Shown: piece by piece, positions 58,547-64,000 of the stretch
Layout: each line of letters opens with the position of its first letter
Numbering within the stretch: position 1 is the first letter of the stretch
From: Candidatus Latescibacterota bacterium
GTDB lineage: Bacteria; Latescibacterota; UBA2968; GCA-2709665
Assembly (NCBI GenBank): GCA_965222075.1
Contig: OZ244937.1
Location: forward strand, 3,104,001 to 3,168,000
Length of the DNA stretch: 64,000 nt
Direction of reading: 5' to 3'
Program-made: the position numbers and the translations under genes
The notes under the pieces: model-generated
What the model was told of the DNA's origin: nothing
Seen by the model: only the letters and a program-made list of their open reading frames with translations
The model's database searches: none

Positions 58547-59359
58547 CTATACCAAGACCTCCAATCCCAGGATTTTTGCGGCGGTGCGATGGCTGATGTC
58601 TTCGCAGGTTTCCTTGTCTACGGGGAGGACCGCGCGTTTTACCAGAGCGGCGCCGGGGTAGGAGAAGGGGACGTGGGTGCCGAAGATGAGGTGGTTTGCG
58701 CCTCCCTGTTCGACAAGATAGGTCAGGTCTTTCATGCGGGTGATGTCTCCGTGCAGGACGTAGTGCACTTCGGCCAGGGAGAGGTCCACGTACCAGGGGT
58801 GGTCTCGAATGTCCGCCCGCTGCCACAGCGGGGTGTGGACAATGCCCCGGGCGTTGGGGACGACGATGGTGGTATCGGGGAAAGCGGCGATCAGGTTGGC
58901 GACGCCGTTTAAATCGACGACCTTGCCGGGGTCCATCCAGTGGCGCTCCCGGGCATCTTCCATCCGGTGGGGGATGAAGACGGGCAGGTTGCGTTCGCCG
59001 CAGGCACCGACGAGTTTGCGGCCTTCGGGTCCGTCTACCTGATAGTTATGGTACTGCGGGAAGAGGCGCACACCTGCCATGCCAAGTTCCTCGTGGCAGG
59101 TTTTTAGATCGTCTTCCCATTTGGGGTATGTGGGGTTGATCGTCGCCATCGGCACCAGGCGGCCCTCGAAAGGGACGACGGCTTCGGCCAGGTTCTCGTT
59201 GGCGGGCTGCACGTTGCGGTGGAAGATCGCCTCGATTTGCGAGACGGCCGCGCTGTCGATGCCGGAGCGGTCGAGCCGGTCGACGAGTGCTTGGGGGGTG
59301 TTGTCTTTCAGGGAGCGGAAAGGCCAGCTTCCCAGCCAGGCGTTGATATCGAAGATCAT
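58547..59359 (-). CDS. amidohydrolase_2 family protein
   Basis: IFDINAWLG.WPF, GVRLFPQYH, LIFGT; partly degenerate metal site. Confidence 0.8.
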   Translation of the reverse strand: MIFDINAWLGSWPFRSLKDNTPQALVDRLDRSGIDSAAVSQIEAIFHRNVQPANENLAEAVVPFEGRLVPMATINPTYPKWEDDLKTCHEELGMAGVRLFPQYHNYQVDGPEGRKLVGACGERNLPVFIPHRMEDARERHWMDPGKVVDLNGVANLIAAFPDTTIVVPNARGIVHTPLWQRADIRDHPWYVDLSLAEVHYVLHGDITRMKDLTYLVEQGGANHLIFGTHVPFSYPGAALVKRAVLPVDKETCEDISHRTAAKILGLEVLV

Positions 59360-59870
59360 GGTGCGACTCCTTCCCTTTTGGAGGCCAGCGGCGTTTCGCC
59401 CTGCGCGGCGAGGATGCGTTGGACATTGCCCCGAAAGATGAGGTCTTTTTCCGCTTCGGTAAGGGCGGCGTCTAAGACCTTGCCGACGCTGCCGGACATG
59501 ATGCCGTCGGTGCCGAAGAGGACGCGCTCGGCGCCCAGTTCAGCAGCGGCGAACTCGATCTGCCCATCGTCCAGGTTGCTGCCGCTGGTGTCGATGTAGA
59601 CGTTGGGCGAGGCGTCCCTCATGGCGCGCAGAACGGAGTCGTTGTGTTCACGCACCTCTTCGACCGGGGCTTTGCGGCCGCCGCCGATGGGACGGGAACA
59701 CCAGAATTCCGTGATGCCCAGCATGGGACGGGAACACCAGAATTCCGTTCTCCGGAGGCGACGAGGTGGTCGCTGGAGATCTCTTCGTGCGATCGATCCG
59801 GAAAGGGCCGGACGTGACAGTGCATATCGATTTTCGGACGGCGAAGCCCGGCTTCGATGTCAAGGATCAT
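59356..59870 (-). pseudogene. amidohydrolase_2 pseudogene (duplication frameshift plus internal deletion)
   Basis: KIDMHCH N-terminus. A 26-bp repeat (59687-59712 and 59723-59748) shifts the frame, and NDSVLRAM joins directly to PNVYIDTSG...VLFGTD. Confidence 0.8.
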
Positions 59871-59904
59871 GCAGCTGCGCTCCTTATAAATGGACAATAA
59901 CAGG

Positions 59905-61665
59905 TTATCCTCGATCCCACGGGAAGGTGAATGTGGGCTGGTTTGCATATCGGTTCATTTTGATTGTGATGCGGCTGCCTGCGCCGGGGGCGAGGCGGAG
60001 GGTGAAGGTGGGGTGGTTCAAGACGCGGTCCCGGCTGTCGGCGGTTACGCCGGTGAACTGGTGTTCGGCATAGGCGCCGCCCTGGACGATGAGCGTACGC
60101 TCGTGGACGGAATTGATGTTTACAAGGGTGAGGGTGACGTCGGTGTCGGTGAGGGTTTCGACGAGGGCGGCGACGTCTTCGGGTATGCCGGCGCGGCGGT
60201 TGAGGGGGTCGAAGTAGCGCACCCGACAGTGCAGGGGTTCGCCATGGCGGGGGGTGAGGCCGCCCAGCATCAACTGGGTGAGACAGCTGTTGATGGCGGG
60301 ATTGAAGCGCAGGCTGTCGTCCGACATCCGGGTGTCCGGGGTGCTGGCGTCCTGACGGATGCCTTCCACTTTTCGGCGGACCGTTTCAAACTCCTGTTGA
60401 AGGGCTTCAACCGGGTAGTCCGGGTGCTTGCCTTCGAGGTAACCGATCCATCCGGTCTGCGGCAAATATTTGAGGTCGCCACGGTCCATGGACCAGTAGT
60501 AGACGTCCAGCGCGCCCTGGCTGTAGGGCTGCGGTGTATAGCTGTACCAGCCCTCATCGCCGTACATGTGGGGATACATCTCCCGGCCGTTGATTGTTTT
60601 TTTGTTGGCGTTGATCGTGTCGAGCATGGTGCGCCAGGCGTCCACGTAGCGCCGGTCGCCGGTGAGGAGGAGGGCATTGCCGAAACCGGCGACGCCCCGT
60701 TGGATGGTGTTGCGGTCGGACAGTTCGCCGGTTTGCGGGACGACGACGGTGAAGCCCCAGCCGTAGCAACCGCCATACCACTTGCCGCCGCACTCGCCGC
60801 CGATGGTGCCGTCTAAGCCGATGTTGGAGGGGAGGATGCCGTTGTTGGCCGCGGCCCTCTCGGCCCAGGCGTCCACGTATTCTAAGAGCCAGTCCCTGTA
60901 CTTGACCTCGCCGGCGAGCATGTAGGCGTTGAGCGCTAAGGTGGTGGCGGCGAGATTGGAGGGGTGATCGCCGACAATGTCGGTGTATTCCTCGAAGTGG
61001 GCGAGCATTTCGTCGAAGTTGCGCTCGCCGTGCGCAGGCTTGAACCTCCCCTCGATTTCGATGGGATCGCCTGCCCAGTCTAAGGCGGTGGCTTTGCGCA
61101 GGAGGGGGCCGCGGCTGCCGTTGAACATGCTGCGGATAATTTTGTGCTGGGGATCGTAGTTGGCGGCCTGGGGGTCTTCGTCCATGTAAAAGCCGGCATA
61201 ACGCCGCACCCGCTGCTGAAATTTGAGGTCGCAGGGATCCGACAGGCCCTGCAAGTTGAAGACGGTGAGGGTCTCGCCGTGGTGGAACCAGTCGAACATA
61301 ACGGGGAACTCTTTGTAGTACATCCCGTCGCGGGCGAGGGGGACCTCCACGGTTTTGGCTTCCGTGTACTGGAGGAGGTGCCCCTCCCAGGCCTGTTTGT
61401 ACATGCGCAGAATGCTGTCCGGCGCGCCCAGGGCGTGGAGGATCGGCCAGCCGGTGAGGTTTTCGATGGCGTCATCCGGACCATCGTTCCCCCCCCAGCG
61501 GGGGACACACATCAGGTACCCACGCCCGTCGAAATACCGGTCGTAGAAAACCTCACACGCCCGGCTCTGCGCCCGGATAAGCTCTCGCTGCAAAAGCGCC
61601 CAATCCGGCGGCGGGGTCGGCGTGTCGATTGAAAGGGTAAACGGGTTGGTGTTCGGCTTTTCCAC
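59905..61665 (-). CDS. hypothetical protein, probable alpha/alpha-barrel carbohydrate-active enzyme
   Basis: 586-aa ORF, GTG start after GGAGG, aromatic-rich (DGPDDAIE, DWFHHGE, WYGGCYGW), VRYFDP..RRAG.PEDVAALV tail. Confidence 0.7.
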   Translation of the reverse strand: MEKPNTNPFTLSIDTPTPPPDWALLQRELIRAQSRACEVFYDRYFDGRGYLMCVPRWGGNDGPDDAIENLTGWPILHALGAPDSILRMYKQAWEGHLLQYTEAKTVEVPLARDGMYYKEFPVMFDWFHHGETLTVFNLQGLSDPCDLKFQQRVRRYAGFYMDEDPQAANYDPQHKIIRSMFNGSRGPLLRKATALDWAGDPIEIEGRFKPAHGERNFDEMLAHFEEYTDIVGDHPSNLAATTLALNAYMLAGEVKYRDWLLEYVDAWAERAAANNGILPSNIGLDGTIGGECGGKWYGGCYGWGFTVVVPQTGELSDRNTIQRGVAGFGNALLLTGDRRYVDAWRTMLDTINANKKTINGREMYPHMYGDEGWYSYTPQPYSQGALDVYYWSMDRGDLKYLPQTGWIGYLEGKHPDYPVEALQQEFETVRRKVEGIRQDASTPDTRMSDDSLRFNPAINSCLTQLMLGGLTPRHGEPLHCRVRYFDPLNRRAGIPEDVAALVETLTDTDVTLTLVNINSVHERTLIVQGGAYAEHQFTGVTADSRDRVLNHPTFTLRLAPGAGSRITIKMNRYANQPTFTFPWDRG

Positions 61666-61844
61666 AGGTCTGATTCCTCCGATTGGTTTTCACGCCATTG
61701 TTGCGACGCGTTTTCTCCTCCAGGCGCTCACCACATGCCACCATTGCACGTCAGTACGCTCCGGGGGATGAGGGCCTGCACCGCCAGCGCAGCCAACAGG
61801 GCTTTCATATACCCGCCCCGGTGAGGAACGCGGTGAGCTTGTCC

Positions 61845-63461
61845 CTACGGCGCCTGTTTGGCCAGGGCTTCCAGGCCGTGTTCCAGCTCGTTTTCCTCCA
61901 CAGTGACGTTCGCGTCAACCGAGATCACGGCGGCGTCTCCGCAGTCGGTGAAAGCGTTTTTCTCCACCCTACCCGACCCGGCCAGAAAGAGAATGCCGCA
62001 CCGGGGATGGCCGTCGAAGCGGCAGCGGTCTATCCGGATGTTCTCTCCGCCGCGGATCACGACGCCTGCAGCCTCGGGTCCCTCGGCCGGATTTTTACGG
62101 GCCATGGTGAGGCGGCAGAGGCGGACGGCGTCTCCTTCGACGATGAAGGCAGGCCGTTTTCCGGCGACGAGGATGCGGGTGGAGCCTTCGTCGCCGATGA
62201 GGGTCAGGCCGGGGGAGACGTGGATCGGTTCAGCTATTTCGTAGGTCCAGGGCGGGAGGAAGACGATGCCGCCGGATGCGACCGAGGCGATGGCATCTCT
62301 GATCGCCTGTGCGCTTTCATCGGCGACAATGACGTCCGCCTGGCTCCGGCTCGGAGGGAGGTCGAGGGTTTCGCCGTCGATGACGATGTTCCGGCCGGCC
62401 CTGATTTCGTAGGGGATTTCGACGTTTTCGAGCACGTTGTCCTCAAAGACCATGTCGTGGGCCTCGGAGTCCTCGATATAGTTGCTGTTGTGAATGCCGG
62501 GACGGATGTTGCAGAACCGGCGCACGTTCCGGAAGAGGTTGTCGTGGATGCGTCCCGAGCCGTCCGAGATGGAGAGGCCGGTGTGCTGGTTTTCCACGAA
62601 GTTGTAAGCGATTTCGATCTCTCCGGACATGCCCGGGTGGGTGTCTAAGGCGCCGACACGGTAGGTTTCGTCGTCTCCGTGGATGTAGCAGTAGAGGCAT
62701 TTGTACATGGTCCCCGCGCCGTTGGAGGCAATGGCGTGCCGATTCTGCTCCAGTTCCGAGTCGGTAACGACGGCCTGTCCGCCGCTGCCGACCATCACAC
62801 CGTAGCCGTAACCGTTTTGGGTGTTGTGGTGGTCGTAGACGTATTCGACAGTGGTTTCACCCTTTTCGGTAACGCCGATGGCGTAGTGACCGAAGCCGGA
62901 GATTTCGATGTGGTCAATCCGGCATCCCCTGTATCCGTTTGTAACGTGGATGCCTTTCGACGCGTTCTGCACCATCCGGACGGTGGTGGGCCCCTGCAGG
63001 CGGAACTGCGTGAATCGGATGCTGTCTCCCTCGGTGAGGAAAACAGGGTTGTTCTGCACCGTGTAGAGGTGCGTGGCCCGCCCGGCACCGTGGATCGTGA
63101 GGTTGTCGGGTACGGGTACGGTTTCATCGAGCCGGTAGACGCCGGGTGGAATGTAGACGACGCCTCCGCCCTTTTCGGCGGCCTCGGCAACGGCCTTCCG
63201 GAACGCTCCGGAGGCGTCCGGCGGATAGGCGTCATAGGGGGCGTCCCGTTTGCCGGGAGCGTCTACGGTTGCGGCGGGGGATTCGACGGTAAGCTCCGTA
63301 TCGCTCGGCCCGACGGGTCCCCGGGGGCCATAGCCTGCCGGGATCGGGTGCGTTCCTCGCCCGGACCGGGTTCGGAAGGGTTCGGCCTGGGCGGTCGAAA
63401 ACAGGGTGAACAGCAGCCCCGCCGCCGTGAGGGCCATCAACAGGATGTCCGTAAACAGCAT
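61845..63461 (-). CDS. secreted right-handed beta-helix (pectate lyase-like) protein
   Basis: Signal peptide, GGGVVYIPPGVYRL cap, Asn-ladder repeats, second cap GGIVFLPPWTYEI. Confidence 0.8.
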   Translation of the reverse strand: MLFTDILLMALTAAGLLFTLFSTAQAEPFRTRSGRGTHPIPAGYGPRGPVGPSDTELTVESPAATVDAPGKRDAPYDAYPPDASGAFRKAVAEAAEKGGGVVYIPPGVYRLDETVPVPDNLTIHGAGRATHLYTVQNNPVFLTEGDSIRFTQFRLQGPTTVRMVQNASKGIHVTNGYRGCRIDHIEISGFGHYAIGVTEKGETTVEYVYDHHNTQNGYGYGVMVGSGGQAVVTDSELEQNRHAIASNGAGTMYKCLYCYIHGDDETYRVGALDTHPGMSGEIEIAYNFVENQHTGLSISDGSGRIHDNLFRNVRRFCNIRPGIHNSNYIEDSEAHDMVFEDNVLENVEIPYEIRAGRNIVIDGETLDLPPSRSQADVIVADESAQAIRDAIASVASGGIVFLPPWTYEIAEPIHVSPGLTLIGDEGSTRILVAGKRPAFIVEGDAVRLCRLTMARKNPAEGPEAAGVVIRGGENIRIDRCRFDGHPRCGILFLAGSGRVEKNAFTDCGDAAVISVDANVTVEENELEHGLEALAKQAP

Positions 63462-63516
63462 CGCGTTTTCCTTTCTACAAGGCCATGTAAGGGGGTAAAT
63501 ACGTGGTGTTTGGGAT

Positions 63517-64000
63517 TTACTGCGTAAATGCCTCACGGGCGTCCTCCCAATCGCCGCCGACCGGGCACATCTGCCCGCCGCCGGTCACGCCCCGGTCGCG
63601 GCCGTCTTTGTCGGGATCCACGTGTTGGACAAACCAGTCTTCGAGTGTCTGTTTCATGTCTGCGATGCGGGCGGCCTGGTTAGGATCGTCGATCCGGTTG
63701 TTCCGTTCGTCAGGGTCTTTGACCAGGTTGTAGAGTTCGTGGGGGCCGTCGGGATAGCGATGGATGTATTTCCACTCCGCGGTGCGAACCATTCGGACGG
63801 GGCCGTATTCGTCGTAGACGACCACGTTTTCCCGGGCGGTGTCCGCTTTGCCCAGAAGAGCGGGGAGGAAGCTTTGCCCCGGGAGATTGCGGCCTTCCGG
63901 AAGGGGCAGGTCCAGGTAATCCAGGAGGGTGGGCATAAAGTCGTAGGCGCTGACCATGGCGGGCTGGACACAGCCTTCGGGGATCTTACCGGGGTGGCTC
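63517..64000 (-). CDS. sulfatase, C-terminal part (5' end outside the window)
   Basis: VSAYDFMPTLLD, LPGQSF, MVRTAEWKYI, ELYNLVKDPDERNN. Confidence 0.88.
   Translation of the reverse strand, partial: SHPGKIPEGCVQPAMVSAYDFMPTLLDYLDLPLPEGRNLPGQSFLPALLGKADTARENVVVYDEYGPVRMVRTAEWKYIHRYPDGPHELYNLVKDPDERNNRIDDPNQAARIADMKQTLEDWFVQHVDPDKDGRDRGVTGGGQMCPVGGDWEDAREAFTQ

Noticed and set aside
59687-59748. Two 26-bp direct repeats as a possible CRISPR array
   Set aside because: Only two units with a 10-bp spacer inside a coding remnant, and no cas genes.

Overview
High-GC bacterial chromosomal window with about 50 protein genes. I found no rRNA, tRNA, CRISPR array or intact transposase. Gene content (many DegT, Gfo/Idh/MocA, sulfatase and lyase-type genes, plus a dockerin-like DLNxDGxVNFxDFLxFAxxFG motif) tentatively suggests a Latescibacterota-like organism; this is inference only. 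Left to right: an exported TldD/TldE-like protease pair, CopA and a LysM-amidase; an unusual phage-shock/membrane-stress locus at 7.66-15.28 kb; thiI; a LysR gene divergent from ino1; a DegT aminotransferase; an unannotated thioredoxin-fold selenoprotein candidate (CxU with an in-frame UGA and a SECIS-like hairpin); an AAC(3)-TIM-barrel fusion operon; housekeeping peptidases; an orphan E1 alpha/beta pair; a decayed AT-richer island of frameshifted or collapsed genes; and a polysaccharide-degradation cluster running off the right edge. The stress locus comprises a sigma54 promoter with palindromic enhancer sites, pspA, a frame-broken ESCRT-II-like winged-helix ORF, three PspB-like paralogs, a PspG/LiaI-like peptide, an ECF sigma factor, NfeD-flotillin, a soluble TPR histidine kinase and a REC-fused PspF-like activator lacking the PspA-binding Trp. 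The best novelty candidates are this two-component-rewired Psp system and the selenoprotein. All family assignments come from motif recognition, not database searches.
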